Positions 1 through 9,756 of a stretch of 64,000 nt of DNA are shown one piece after another (position 1 is the first letter of the stretch; the number at the start of each line of letters is the position of its first letter). The notes below the pieces were generated by a model, which saw nothing but the letters and a program-made list of their open reading frames with translations, did not search any database and had not been told where the DNA came from. Origin of the DNA: Candidatus Bathyarchaeia archaeon (lineage in GTDB: Archaea > Thermoproteota > Bathyarchaeia > Bathyarchaeales > Bathycorpusculaceae); contig JBEKKK010000001.1 of the NCBI GenBank assembly GCA_050010755.1, forward strand, positions 224,001-288,000, given 5' to 3'. The translations under genes and the position numbers were made by a program.

Positions 1-1
1 C

Positions 2-358
2 GAACTCGAACCGATAGCTGTCGAGAAAGCAACATGCGAAGACAACCTACGACCTGTGCTAGAAGAAATCATGAAGACCGATGGCGTCATAGGCTACATC
101 CTCAGAAACACTACGTCAGCAACAATAGATCTCAACGATCCAACTAAACTAATAGACTACGCAACTCTATCCTCTTCAACCTTTGAGGCAAGTGAACAGC
201 TCTCAGAGCTGTTCGAACTGGGCAAAATCAGGCACATAAAAATCGAAGGAAAGGACATGACCACGCTCCACGTGAGCATCGACGAAAACGACGTGAGCAT
301 CTTCATGGAAAAAAGCGTAGACGCAAAGAACATTCTGGAAAGAATGCATTCACAGTAG
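2..358 (+). CDS. Roadblock/LC7 (MglB-like) domain protein, probably 5'-truncated by the window edge
   Basis: Frame is open from nt 2 (ELEPIAVEKATCEDNLRPVLEEI...). 'LEEIMKTDGVIGYILRN' plus a helix and beta-hairpin pattern is typical of roadblock/LC7. Confidence 0.65.
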   Translation, partial: ELEPIAVEKATCEDNLRPVLEEIMKTDGVIGYILRNTTSATIDLNDPTKLIDYATLSSSTFEASEQLSELFELGKIRHIKIEGKDMTTLHVSIDENDVSIFMEKSVDAKNILERMHSQ

Positions 359-713
359 GGAACGAAGGCAAATAAGCTGTCATATCTCTGGGTGTTCAAC
401 AATTCTTTCCCGAGACAAACCGATCTATAACTGCAAAACGAAGCATCCTCTTTTTCTTCCTTCAAAATTGAAGCTTCCAGTTTGCATGACGTTCACAATG
501 TGAAGTAACTCTTATGCCGTGATTTGAGATCTAGTTTTTATTGGGCAAATGAGAAAATCACTCACAATTCGCCTTTACACATGGGTCAACTTGGGATCAT
601 AAGATTTCAGCATTCTTGTTCCATAGTTCTTTTAGGGAATATTGCGGTCAGAGAAATAAAGTATTATCTATTAAGATACGACTTATTCAATGTTGACATC
701 AAGGTGAAGGATC

Positions 714-1007
714 ATGCTGAAAAAAACGGAATTCTTTGAAGAAAACAACTCGAATCAACAGGCTGACGCTAAAAAAACGATGGAAGCTACCTTGCAAAAG
801 CTGCAAGCTTTGAAAAGCAGAATATCAGAATTGAGAGCCCATTTGGAAGAACTCCAGCTCCAAACGCACATTGAAGACCAAAGCAGCTTGCGTTGCGATG
901 AATGCGGTCGTGCCATAGAGCCCGGAGAGGAAGTCGAAGCTAAGAACTTCGGTGAAAACGTGCTTCATTACCATAAGGAGTGTTTTCAAAAACTCTGGCT
1001 ACAATGA
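714..1007 (+). CDS. small coiled-coil protein with C-terminal CxxC...HxxC zinc finger (LIM/PARP-finger-like)
   Basis: GGTGA RBS upstream; heptad-like LQKLQALKSRISELRAHLEEL; CDECGRAIEPGEE...YHKECF. Confidence 0.6.
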   Translation: MLKKTEFFEENNSNQQADAKKTMEATLQKLQALKSRISELRAHLEELQLQTHIEDQSSLRCDECGRAIEPGEEVEAKNFGENVLHYHKECFQKLWLQ

Positions 1008-1300
1008 TTCTTGCGCATGCACTGCTGACCGTTGGACACGTGCCCTTTTCTTCGACAAAGCTTAAGCGTCTCCTGAAGAGTCTTCTCAGCAGTTGCGACT
1101 GAGGAGAGCAGGTCGTCTATAGTGGCCACAAACGTTGGAAAACTTTCATTACACTCTATTTTGGTAATGACTTTTGTCTTTTCAGCTCTTGTCTCTGCTG
1201 ACAGGCCTGTCGGCGTTCTATAGTTGTCTGGGTACACGGCATCAGCTATGGCTTTAGCCATGTTTGCATCCTCATACTCTATCGTTATTTCAGCTTTCAC
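986..1300 (-). CDS. pcc1: KEOPS complex subunit Pcc1
   Basis: AEITIEYED..AKAIADAVYPDN...TIDDLL pattern; overlaps the RecJ-like gene, as in conserved archaeal synteny. Confidence 0.8.
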   Translation of the reverse strand: MKAEITIEYEDANMAKAIADAVYPDNYRTPTGLSAETRAEKTKVITKIECNESFPTFVATIDDLLSSVATAEKTLQETLKLCRRKGHVSNGQQCMRKNHCSQSF

Positions 1301-2747
1301 TTTTCTCGCCTTTCAGCTGCTTCCCAACTAGTTCATCAACGACTTTTATGAAGTTGTTTATGTCTTCTATGGGTACTTGTGCACCGGCGGCAACGTTGTG
1401 TCCCCCGCCTTTTCCTTGGAATTTTTCTGCTGCGGCCTGCATGATCTCTCCCAGGTTGAGGCCTCTGCTCGTGACTGTGTCCGATGCTCTTGCGCTGATT
1501 TTCGCGATGTCTTCTCCTTCGACGTTTGAGTATGCGATTAAAGGTTTCTCCGGGTTTGGGAGGCTTCCTGAGAGTATTGATGAGATTGCGCCGATTATCT
1601 TGTCGTCGATGAAGTCTTCGCCAGAGACAACGTAGATGTTTTCAAACTCTTTTACGCGTTCGGGCTTCTCCATTATCCATCCTAGATACTTGTTTATCGT
1701 TGCTCTGTAATCGTCTAGAACCTTGTTTGCTCCTTCAAGCCCTTGTCCTCGGTCGCCCATGCACACTGCTATTCCTAAACCTGACTTGTCCATTCTCCCA
1801 GTGGCATTCAACAGAACAGCAAATTCCCTAGCATCTCTGAGTGGAGTCCAAGGTTCTTCTTGGTTCAGAATGTAAACGTGTCCTATGAGGTTTGAGGCTT
1901 CGTATCGCAGACCCTTCGAGAGCAGGTGATCTGCTAAAGCCGAACAGAGTCGCTTCTTCTCTTCCTCGGAAAGGTCTCTGAGAGCCCGCCACTTGTCACC
2001 TTCCCTTGCTTTGATGTCCAGACTTGCCAGAAAAGCCAGGCTCCTATCTTCTTCTCCGCTGATGCCAGGAATGAATGGGCTGGTGGCTGAAGACAGAGTC
2101 TTGTGGATGGGACGGGTTTCTCTGCCGAAGAATATCAAGTCTTTCTTCACAGTAAGAAGGCCAGAATTTGTCGCATCCTCAAGTATTCTCATGTTGAGCC
2201 CTCCGAACATTCGCTGATCATACTTATCCTGCATGTCTCCTAATGCCCCGACAATGGCGATTGGAGCCAGATCAACGTTGACCTTGTCAACTGCTTTAGC
2301 GACGAAATATGCCACGCCTGATCCGCTAACGTCCTTTGCGCCGTCGATTCCGTACAGATGCGGATTGACGTGGACAAAGTTGACCGATTCCTTGCCGATT
2401 ATCTGATGGTGATCCAGAATGGCGATTTTGAAATCAGCGAGTTTCTGACTTAACAAGTCCACGTATCCGCTTCCCAAATCGGTGAAAATCACCAGCTGCG
2501 GCTTGTCTGAGAGAATCTCGCCCACGATCTTCTGTTCAACCCATTGCGTTATGCGAATCCTGAACCTCGCGTCAAGCCTGAACAATGCCTTTCCGATAAT
2601 CCCCGCCGCTGCCACTCCGTCAGCGTCCAAGTGCGAAAAAACATGGATAAACCCGTCTTCCTTAACTGTCTCTAAAATCGTTTTGGCTGCCTCCTGAGCC
2701 GAATTCAGAAAACATGTAACCTGATTCTCGTTTGAGACGGAAGCCAT
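1290..2747 (-). CDS. DHH/DHHA1 phosphoesterase, RecJ/Cdc45-like exonuclease
   Basis: HLDADG, DLGSG, LDHH, GALGD and GGGHNVAAG motifs; downstream of rps15. Confidence 0.9.
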   Translation of the reverse strand: MASVSNENQVTCFLNSAQEAAKTILETVKEDGFIHVFSHLDADGVAAAGIIGKALFRLDARFRIRITQWVEQKIVGEILSDKPQLVIFTDLGSGYVDLLSQKLADFKIAILDHHQIIGKESVNFVHVNPHLYGIDGAKDVSGSGVAYFVAKAVDKVNVDLAPIAIVGALGDMQDKYDQRMFGGLNMRILEDATNSGLLTVKKDLIFFGRETRPIHKTLSSATSPFIPGISGEEDRSLAFLASLDIKAREGDKWRALRDLSEEEKKRLCSALADHLLSKGLRYEASNLIGHVYILNQEEPWTPLRDAREFAVLLNATGRMDKSGLGIAVCMGDRGQGLEGANKVLDDYRATINKYLGWIMEKPERVKEFENIYVVSGEDFIDDKIIGAISSILSGSLPNPEKPLIAYSNVEGEDIAKISARASDTVTSRGLNLGEIMQAAAEKFQGKGGGHNVAAGAQVPIEDINNFIKVVDELVGKQLKGEKSES

Positions 2748-2843
2748 GGGCTATCACTTTAGGCTAGAGAATCAACTTATTTAAGGATTTAAGACTAGCA
2801 ACGAGCATTGTTCTGTACTCGGGCAAAAAACTAGCCGAGGGTT

Positions 2844-3284
2844 CTAGGTTATTGACGCTATTTTTGCTTCGTACTTCCAGTTTTGAGGCAGGATGCCCTT
2901 GAGCTTGTAGTATCTGGAGATTTTGTGTATCTTCGCCTCAATCAATTGAAGAGATCTTTTGTTATACTGGTCAGTCCTGTTCTTTTCAAGATGAAGTGAT
3001 AGGCTTTCAGCTTTTCGGAGCAGACTCGCCAAGTCTTCAGGCAGCGACGGAGCGAGGTCATTCTCTTTAAGCACCTTCATCACCCTTTTTCCGATTATCG
3101 GCTTTGCCAAAGGAATTGCATGTTGATCCCTGAGGATGGTCCCAATGCGGCTGGGAGAGTTGCCCTCTTTTCCCAATTTCACGATTAAGGCCTCCACTTC
3201 TTCTGGCTGATACTTGCACCAACTCGGAGGGCGTTTGCTGACTGGCCTGATTTGATGAGATTTTCCCTTTTCTTGTTTAGGCAT
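2844..3284 (-). CDS. rps15: 30S ribosomal protein uS15 (S15/S13e)
   Basis: GKSHQIRP...PSW...IGTILRDQHAIP...PEDL...LIEAKIHKISRYYK; ATG at 3284. Confidence 0.95.
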   Translation of the reverse strand: MPKQEKGKSHQIRPVSKRPPSWCKYQPEEVEALIVKLGKEGNSPSRIGTILRDQHAIPLAKPIIGKRVMKVLKENDLAPSLPEDLASLLRKAESLSLHLEKNRTDQYNKRSLQLIEAKIHKISRYYKLKGILPQNWKYEAKIASIT

Positions 3285-3463
3285 CAACCATCCCTTAAAC
3301 TCTATCAGCGAAGATACGCGCATATTTAAGAATACCTGTCACTCTCGGGTACGTAGGCTTTTCATCACCGTTCTCTGAGAATTGAATACATTTCAAAATC
3401 AGAGATTATCGGAGTTTCGTGAGTTTAATAATCTCTTACATCTTTAATCGTAACTGTGATTGT

Positions 3464-3574
3464 GTGAGAATTAAGTTAACTAGCGTGTTCGCTAATGATC
3501 ACGACAAAGCACTTAAGTTTTACACTGAGACCCTTGGTTTTGTAAAAAAGGCAGATATAAGAGCCGGGAAATAG
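3464..3574 (+). pseudogene. N-terminal remnant of a VOC/glyoxalase family gene
   Basis: VRIKLTSVFANDHDKALKFYTETLGFVKKADIRAGK then TAG; matches a VOC N-terminus but is only 36 aa. Confidence 0.7.
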
Positions 3575-3585
3575 AAGTTATTTCG

Positions 3586-3996
3586 ATGAACCCATCAAAA
3601 CAAATTGACAAACAGATCGCAGAACTGGCAGATTGGCGTGGCGATGTGCTTGCCAAACTTCGTAAAATCATCCATGACACTGATCCAGAAGTGATCGAGG
3701 AATGGAAATGGATGGGAACCCCAACCTGGTCGCATGATGGGATGTTCGTGTTGGTAAATGCGCACAAAGACCACGTGAAGATGACTTTTTCTCACGGCGC
3801 AAGTCTTCCAGATCCCGAGAAGGTCTTCAACGCTATGCTAGAAGGCAACAAATGGCGCGCGATCGATTTTTATGAGGGCGACAAGATCAATGAACGCGCT
3901 TTGAAAAATCTCATCCGCTCGGCTATCGCGTTCAATACTGCTGCCTTGAAAAAGAAAACTTCCAAGACCCGCCCTAGAGCACATAAAAAAACGTAA
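3586..3996 (+). CDS. DUF1801 (YdhG-like) protein
   Basis: IAELADWRG...LRKII...EEWKWMGTPTWSHDG...F.HGA.L.DP..FNA.LEG..RAIDF. Confidence 0.85.
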   Translation: MNPSKQIDKQIAELADWRGDVLAKLRKIIHDTDPEVIEEWKWMGTPTWSHDGMFVLVNAHKDHVKMTFSHGASLPDPEKVFNAMLEGNKWRAIDFYEGDKINERALKNLIRSAIAFNTAALKKKTSKTRPRAHKKT

Positions 3997-4044
3997 CCAA
4001 GGCAGTTAAGCAAAAAACGAGCGATTTTTTTTACGAGTCTTAAG

Positions 4045-4131
4045 GGCATCGGTTGGCCTCAAAGGGAATTTGTGCTCTTGGAAAAGAGGGGCGAGATCAA
4101 AGGTTCGATTCTAGATATCGGTTGCGGAACT
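4045..4131 (+). pseudogene. fragment of a class I SAM-dependent methyltransferase
   Basis: GIGWPQREFVLLEKRGEIKGSILDIGCGT (motif I DxGCG); no start codon, and similarity is lost straight after the motif. Confidence 0.6.
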
Positions 4132-4219
4132 CCTCCATCCAATTCTCTGAGCCCCTTAGACTTGCTTCTGGCAGTTTGCTGACCTTCTAAGCAGCTTCTC
4201 CGGTTCGATGCCCCTGGAT

Positions 4220-5107
4220 TTATATTGAAAAAGTGTGTCTTCGATATTTCCAAGCGTCTGGATATGAATAAGGAATTGCCCACATGAAGGCGTAAAGGAA
4301 GGATTTTAGCAGATCAAATCCTGGACTAACTCTGTTGATAGTCCTTGTGAATACGCCTGCGTGTTTTTCGTAGGATACTCTTCCATACTCGCCCAGAATT
4401 CTTGAGAACTTGTGATCTTCTGCGACGGCTAGTTCTGGATCGTACAGATGTCCACAATCTGCGCGGATTCTGAGAGCCACTTCGCGGAGAACTGCAATGC
4501 TGAAGCCTGGCACACTGGGGCCTGAGATGGGGGTGCCCCGGATTTTCATTGTAGGCATCTTTGTTGAAAACCAGACTGTGTAGTTTTCGCCCATTGTTCC
4601 GAATCTTCGACTGATTTTCAGCGTGTCACTTGCCCTGGCAGAAGGGGCTGCTCCGACGATTTTCTTGCTTCTCAGCGCTTTATACATTACGTCAAAGTAG
4701 TTTTCATACTTGTCAAGCTTCGAGTTTACGTATTTGAGATCCAATTCCGTGCCGCTGGAAAATTGGGTATCTATGTCCTGAAAGACCACGATAGCTCCTC
4801 TTGCATAGGAAAAACCAAGGTTTCTGCCTATCGTGGGAGAATCCCATAATCCGTACTTGATTATTCCAGACTCGCAGAGGCCATGTCTGTATTTCTCGTA
4901 GGTTTCGCAATCTACCAGTTTGGAATCACTTAATTCGGGAAAACCCGCATTTTCTCCGGCATCAACAATTATGAATTCTATTTTCTTGCCAGTCTTCTTC
5001 TCGAAGAGCTGCTTGACGCTTTCCCAGTTTTCAAAAGTCTCTTTCAATAGCTTCTTGTCCTTCTCATTCTTTGCGGTGGTTACGACAGAGAAAGTTGGTT
5101 GTACCAT
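4220..5107 (-). CDS. glycosyltransferase family 2-like protein
   Basis: FSVVTTAKNE, IIVDA, GRNLG..ARG.IVVFQDID (DxD) and AED motifs; ATG at 5107. Confidence 0.75.
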   Translation of the reverse strand: MVQPTFSVVTTAKNEKDKKLLKETFENWESVKQLFEKKTGKKIEFIIVDAGENAGFPELSDSKLVDCETYEKYRHGLCESGIIKYGLWDSPTIGRNLGFSYARGAIVVFQDIDTQFSSGTELDLKYVNSKLDKYENYFDVMYKALRSKKIVGAAPSARASDTLKISRRFGTMGENYTVWFSTKMPTMKIRGTPISGPSVPGFSIAVLREVALRIRADCGHLYDPELAVAEDHKFSRILGEYGRVSYEKHAGVFTRTINRVSPGFDLLKSFLYAFMWAIPYSYPDAWKYRRHTFSI

Positions 5108-5478
5108 GCTAGGAAGAGAATGCACATGATTCTTAAACTTTTCACAGCCGCTCCGACCTCTTAACGCTGCACGCTCGTTCTCAGGCAGACCTGATAGGAA
5201 AAAAGATGAGGATGACAAGATCACTTCAAATGCACGAACTTTTAAGCGCGCTGATGCAGGAATCGTTGCGAACGCCCTCCCCTCCCCTTTTTTTCTTTAC
5301 GTCAGACGTAATGTTACAGCGTAATGTGTAAGCGTAAATTTGCATGTATCGTGCAGTGTTCCGGAAGCGACTTTGAGCACTTCGGTTGTGTGTTGCTTTG
5401 GCGGGTTGGTGCTTTCTTGACAAATCTGGTAACAAGTTATGTGTCTTCGTTTGGTTCGATGCGAAGTTTCAAGTTGTG

Positions 5479-6057
5479 TCACTTGTACCATGCAGCGAAC
5501 TTTCGAAAAGCTGCTGCGCGATGCGAGCGCTTGCATTTTTCAAGGACACTCATTTGTGCAAATGTTTCGTCGCTCTTGTCCGGCTTGAATATGGGGTCGA
5601 AGCCGAAACCCATTTTGCTTGCCTTACTTTGTTTGGGGACTATTTTTCCCGAGACGGAGCCTTCGAAACAAATTGGCGATTTTAGCTGGGAGGAAAAGTA
5701 TGCTATGACTGATTTGAACGTGGCTCTTCTGTCGTCTACCCTCTCCATCAGCTTGAGCAATCCCTTGTTGCCTATCGTTCGGTAAGCGTAGGCGGCGTAA
5801 GGACCTGGAAAACCATTAAGGGATTCTACGAACAACCCAGCATCTTCAACCACCATTGGCAGCCTGTATTTTTCAAAAGCCTCCATAACGCTGGCGTGTG
5901 CAATTTCCTGTATACTATCGCTCTGGATTTCCAGAGACTTGACTCTGAGCATTCCAACTGCGATGTTGCTCTCTGCCAAGACCATTCTCGCTTCGTTGAA
6001 TTTGTTGATATTATTTGTTGCAAAGAAAACGAAGTGACCTTTAAGTTGAAAACTCAT
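5479..6057 (-). CDS. rdgB: XTP/dITP diphosphatase (Ham1/RdgB)
   Basis: FATNNINKFNE, EDAGL, GFPGPY, GFGFDPIF, SHR. Confidence 0.95.
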   Translation of the reverse strand: MSFQLKGHFVFFATNNINKFNEARMVLAESNIAVGMLRVKSLEIQSDSIQEIAHASVMEAFEKYRLPMVVEDAGLFVESLNGFPGPYAAYAYRTIGNKGLLKLMERVDDRRATFKSVIAYFSSQLKSPICFEGSVSGKIVPKQSKASKMGFGFDPIFKPDKSDETFAQMSVLEKCKRSHRAAAFRKFAAWYK

Positions 6058-6127
6058 TTTGCTTCACGTTTTCTCTTTGTACTGTCAGCTGAAAAACAGA
6101 GACATTCTTCATTATGTTTCTGTTTGA

Positions 6128-6784
6128 TCATTCTCTTTCCTTCCTTTCTGAGACATAGCGTCCTCTTTTTTCTATTTCTTTGATCTTTTCTAAAACGTTT
6201 TCTGATGTTCGTGGACTCAAAACTGTTGAATACCCCATTATTGCAGACTCGAAGCATTCGTCGGCAAATTTGTAATGTGTGCTTTGAAGGGCTCTCTTCA
6301 TCAGATGCAGATCGACTCCTCTGGCTTCAAGTTCTTTGGTTTTGTCGCCAAGCCCGAAATCTAGGAAGAAGATCTTTCCCTCCGTGCGGAGGATAAGGTT
6401 TGATGTTGTTAGGTCGCCGTGAACTATTCCGTATTCATGAAGTCTGCCTATCAGTTCGCCAATTCTAAAGCACAGACTTTGTCTCTGACTCTTGGAAACT
6501 TCATTCAGTATTTGCTTGATCTGCTTCCCTTCGATATACTCCATTACTATGGTGGTGCTCTTGTGATCTACCAAGAAGATTATCGGTGTGGGCACACCGG
6601 CTTTTTTGGCTTCATGCATCAGCTGGGGTTCATGAATCGTTCGGTAAGAGCGGATTTGTTCATCCAACATTTTGGGACGATACTCTTTTGGCAGACGCCT
6701 CTTCAGCACGGCTTTTCTTCCGTGCCAATCTGCGAGGTAAAGGTTGGCTTCGGCTCCTTTTTTCATCAGCGCCGGCCGTTTCAT
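6128..6784 (-). CDS. bud32: KEOPS kinase Bud32
   Basis: KGAEA, HGDLTTSN, DFGL, C-terminal RGRY; ATGA overlap with kae1. Confidence 0.95.
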   Translation of the reverse strand: MKRPALMKKGAEANLYLADWHGRKAVLKRRLPKEYRPKMLDEQIRSYRTIHEPQLMHEAKKAGVPTPIIFLVDHKSTTIVMEYIEGKQIKQILNEVSKSQRQSLCFRIGELIGRLHEYGIVHGDLTTSNLILRTEGKIFFLDFGLGDKTKELEARGVDLHLMKRALQSTHYKFADECFESAIMGYSTVLSPRTSENVLEKIKEIEKRGRYVSERKERE

Positions 6785-7803
6785 TGCATCCAGGGAATTT
6801 CAACCTCCTCAAGCCGCCACCTTAGCCGAACCTGACTTTTTTCGATCGGAGTTACCGTGCCGTGCGTGTACGCCAGAACGCCTGTCCAGGCGACCATGGC
6901 TCCGTTGTCAATCGCAAAGCGAGTCGGAACAACGTCGAATCGAGCGTCGTGTTCTCTTGCTACAGACTCGATCATATTTTGCAGCCTTTTGTTAGCGGCA
7001 ACCCCGCCTGTCAGTAGAACCTCCTCTCTTCCCGTGTGTGCCAAGGCCCTCTCCGTCACCTCCGTGACCATCGAAAACGCTGTCTCCTGAAGACTGTAGC
7101 AAAGATCTTCGAGCCCACACTCTCCTTTCTTAGAGAGGACAACCGCGGCAGTGAGCAAGCCGCTGAGAGACACATCCATGCCTTTAACAGTGTAGGGCAG
7201 CTTGATCAACTGTTTTCCACCGTGCGCAAGCTTTTCAACCACAGCTCCGAACGGCAGACCTGGCTTCTGATGCAGTCCAGCTTCCCTTGCAAAAACGTCC
7301 AGGCAGTTTCCCAAGGCAATGTCTAGCGTCTCGCCGAAGATTCGGTACCGTCCAGCTTCGAAGGCCGCAACGATGGTGTTACCTCCCGAAACGTAGAGGG
7401 TCATGGGATTCTTGGTTCGGGCTGCCAGTTTTCCTATCTCGATGTGCGCCACACAATGATTGATTCCCACGAGCGGGATCTTCAGATATGAAGCCAGCGC
7501 ACGAGCCACTGTTGCTCCGGTCCGGAGGCATGGACCCAGTCCCGGGCCTTGTGAAAACGCGATTACACACAGATTCTGCGGTTTTACTCCAGATTCTTTA
7601 AGAGCACCACCTAAAACCTTGCTTGCCACTTCAGCATGATGTCTCGCAGCCTCTCGCGGATGTATACCACCCTCCGATGGAACATACGCGTCTATTACGT
7701 TGGCCAGTATCTTGCCGTTGAATGTTGATATTCCGACGCTGAAATCATCAGCTGAAGATTCTATTCCCAAGCAGTAACGCTCTTCTGCCCTCTTTTTCGT
7801 CAT
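6781..7803 (-). CDS. kae1: tRNA t6A threonylcarbamoyltransferase Kae1
   Basis: LGIESSA, GGIHPREAARHH, GPGLGPCL, HCVAHIE, GETLDIALGN, DNGAM. Confidence 0.95.
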   Translation of the reverse strand: MTKKRAEERYCLGIESSADDFSVGISTFNGKILANVIDAYVPSEGGIHPREAARHHAEVASKVLGGALKESGVKPQNLCVIAFSQGPGLGPCLRTGATVARALASYLKIPLVGINHCVAHIEIGKLAARTKNPMTLYVSGGNTIVAAFEAGRYRIFGETLDIALGNCLDVFAREAGLHQKPGLPFGAVVEKLAHGGKQLIKLPYTVKGMDVSLSGLLTAAVVLSKKGECGLEDLCYSLQETAFSMVTEVTERALAHTGREEVLLTGGVAANKRLQNMIESVAREHDARFDVVPTRFAIDNGAMVAWTGVLAYTHGTVTPIEKSQVRLRWRLEEVEIPWMQ

Positions 7804-7916
7804 TTTTCTCGTCCTTGAACATGCAATTTTTCGAAGCGGAACATACACCTTTCTATCAAATACGGTTGTTAAAGATAAAGAGAAGATTCAAAACTCGCGA
7901 GCTAAGGAAAATGGGG

Positions 7917-9545
7917 TTAGGGGTAGTGTTGTCCGAAGTGTCTGGCCACGAGTGCGACGTCTCTCATGTTGACTGTGCCGTCGTCGTTGATGTCTGCATT
8001 TGCATTCCAATTGATCGAGCCGATTGTGGATCCGAAGGCTCTTACAACAAGGGCAATGTCCCTCATGTCCACTTTGAAGTCTCCGTTAATATCCCCTGTA
8101 ATCGTTACAACGACATTGCCGCCTGTGCAGTTGTTGTTTGCAGTGTTGGTTTCGCTTGGAACAGGCCAGGCGCAGACGTTTATGGTGTAGTTTCCGTAGA
8201 CCAAGCTTGTGGTGTTACACACGCAGACTAAGATTATTCCTGAGGCTCCTGCTGAAAGAGTGACGTTCACGAATGCAGACGCAATCAGGCTCGTGTTCGC
8301 GTAGACTGTGATGTTGAAGTTTTCCGTGTAGTCGCCTAGGTTGAATACTGGGGCGTTTACGTTCAGGTTGTACCCTTGACCGACGACAGTTTTGGAAGGC
8401 CAGACATTCGTGACTGCTATGTCATGTGGTGACCACGGATTCATCAGTGGATAGTGATCAGTGTTGTTTGCATCTATAACATATGGAGTGTCGCCAATTC
8501 CATCGCTTCCTGTCAAGTTCTGATATGGACCGCTGTAAACATCGGTTCCATTGTAATCGCTCCAATAGTTTCCGCCATAAGGATAACCGTCATCCCAACC
8601 ATTGTTCATCGATGTCTCGAAAATGTAAGCTTGATGGGTGTTGTTGACAACATTGTTGTGATAAATTCGATTGCGATTGGAGCTAGACAGATACAAGCCA
8701 TAACCACAGTTGTCTATATTGTTTCCACGAATGAGGCTTTCGTTACAACTGTATAAAACTAAGCCCTGGCAGGTGCGATCGAAGTTGTTGATGTCGTTAT
8801 CAACAAACCAGTTTCCTTCGGAATTGGCCCATCCTACTATGTACATGTATGAAGTAGTGCAGTTTTGGATGTTGTTATTTGAGAAAACATTGTTGGATGA
8901 TTGATCCATCCATATCGCTGCTGCGTTGTTGAAAAAGCTGTTGTTAGATATGTAATTTGTGCCGGACTGAAACAGATTGATGGCTTCGGCGTTGTTACCA
9001 GTAAGATTGTTTTCTTCGATGGTGTTGTTATAGGAGTTGTTCAGTACTATACCATGGCCCAGATTGTCTGCAATTTGATTGGCATTAATTGTGATGTTAT
9101 TGGATGAAAGCAGTAGGATGCCATAGTTGCTCTGTTCAATGATGTTGTCTGTGACGTTGATGAAGTTCGCGCCATTGAGACAGATACTTGAGTTGGGATA
9201 GTAGAGCCCACTGTTCTTTATCGTGAACCCTGTCAGAACTACACTGTTTGCGATAATGTTTGCTACGATGCCTTCTTTTCCACCATCTATTATTGTCGTT
9301 TCCCTGCTTTCGCCGATTAAAGATAACGATTTGTCAACAGTAACATTTTCATAGTATGTTCCATTTCTGACGAAGACCGTGTCTCCATCACTTGCAGCGT
9401 TTATGGCTCCCTGTATTGTCGGATAATCGTCTGGAACTATGATGGTTGTAGGCTGTGCCTTGACTGGCTTAATGTTGAATGCCAATACTACCATGCCCAT
9501 TAACAATAATGACAACAATATTCCAGAAAATATTCTTCTGGACAT
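7917..9545 (-). CDS. secreted NosD/CASH parallel beta-helix protein with CARDB-like Ig domain and C-terminal dockerin
   Basis: Signal peptide; VPDDYPTIQGAI; Asn-rich PbH1 repeats; GGNYWSDY...DGIGDTPY; twin GDINGDFKVD / ADINDDGTVN EF-hand repeats. Confidence 0.85.
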   Translation of the reverse strand: MSRRIFSGILLSLLLMGMVVLAFNIKPVKAQPTTIIVPDDYPTIQGAINAASDGDTVFVRNGTYYENVTVDKSLSLIGESRETTIIDGGKEGIVANIIANSVVLTGFTIKNSGLYYPNSSICLNGANFINVTDNIIEQSNYGILLLSSNNITINANQIADNLGHGIVLNNSYNNTIEENNLTGNNAEAINLFQSGTNYISNNSFFNNAAAIWMDQSSNNVFSNNNIQNCTTSYMYIVGWANSEGNWFVDNDINNFDRTCQGLVLYSCNESLIRGNNIDNCGYGLYLSSSNRNRIYHNNVVNNTHQAYIFETSMNNGWDDGYPYGGNYWSDYNGTDVYSGPYQNLTGSDGIGDTPYVIDANNTDHYPLMNPWSPHDIAVTNVWPSKTVVGQGYNLNVNAPVFNLGDYTENFNITVYANTSLIASAFVNVTLSAGASGIILVCVCNTTSLVYGNYTINVCAWPVPSETNTANNNCTGGNVVVTITGDINGDFKVDMRDIALVVRAFGSTIGSINWNANADINDDGTVNMRDVALVARHFGQHYP

Positions 9546-9641
9546 TTCTCCTCTCTCCTTTCAGGAACTAAGGATGGGCAATTCAAAGAATTAACACTTG
9601 TGGAACGACTATCTGTTGAACATTACAACGTATCTTGAACG

Positions 9642-9734
9642 CTAGCGCGCGCGAAGTACAACAGATGAATAACTCTTATTTGCGAAACAAACACAATAGG
9701 ATACCACTACAGAGGATAAGCTCGCGCGCGCTAG
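9642..9734. repeat. perfect 13-bp inverted repeat CTAGCGCGCGCGA / TCGCGCGCGCTAG with 67-nt spacer
   Basis: Arms read directly at 9642-9654 and 9722-9734; intergenic. Confidence 0.9.
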
Positions 9735-9756
9735 GAGAAAAAATGGAAGGTGTACT

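Noticed and set aside
524-739. 71-aa ORF upstream of the zinc-finger gene
   Set aside because: AT-rich promoter-like region, no RBS, atypical composition.
5276-5298. Orphan plus-strand terminator-like tract implying a hidden ncRNA
   Set aside because: No structure or C/D boxes seen upstream; could be a deletion remnant.
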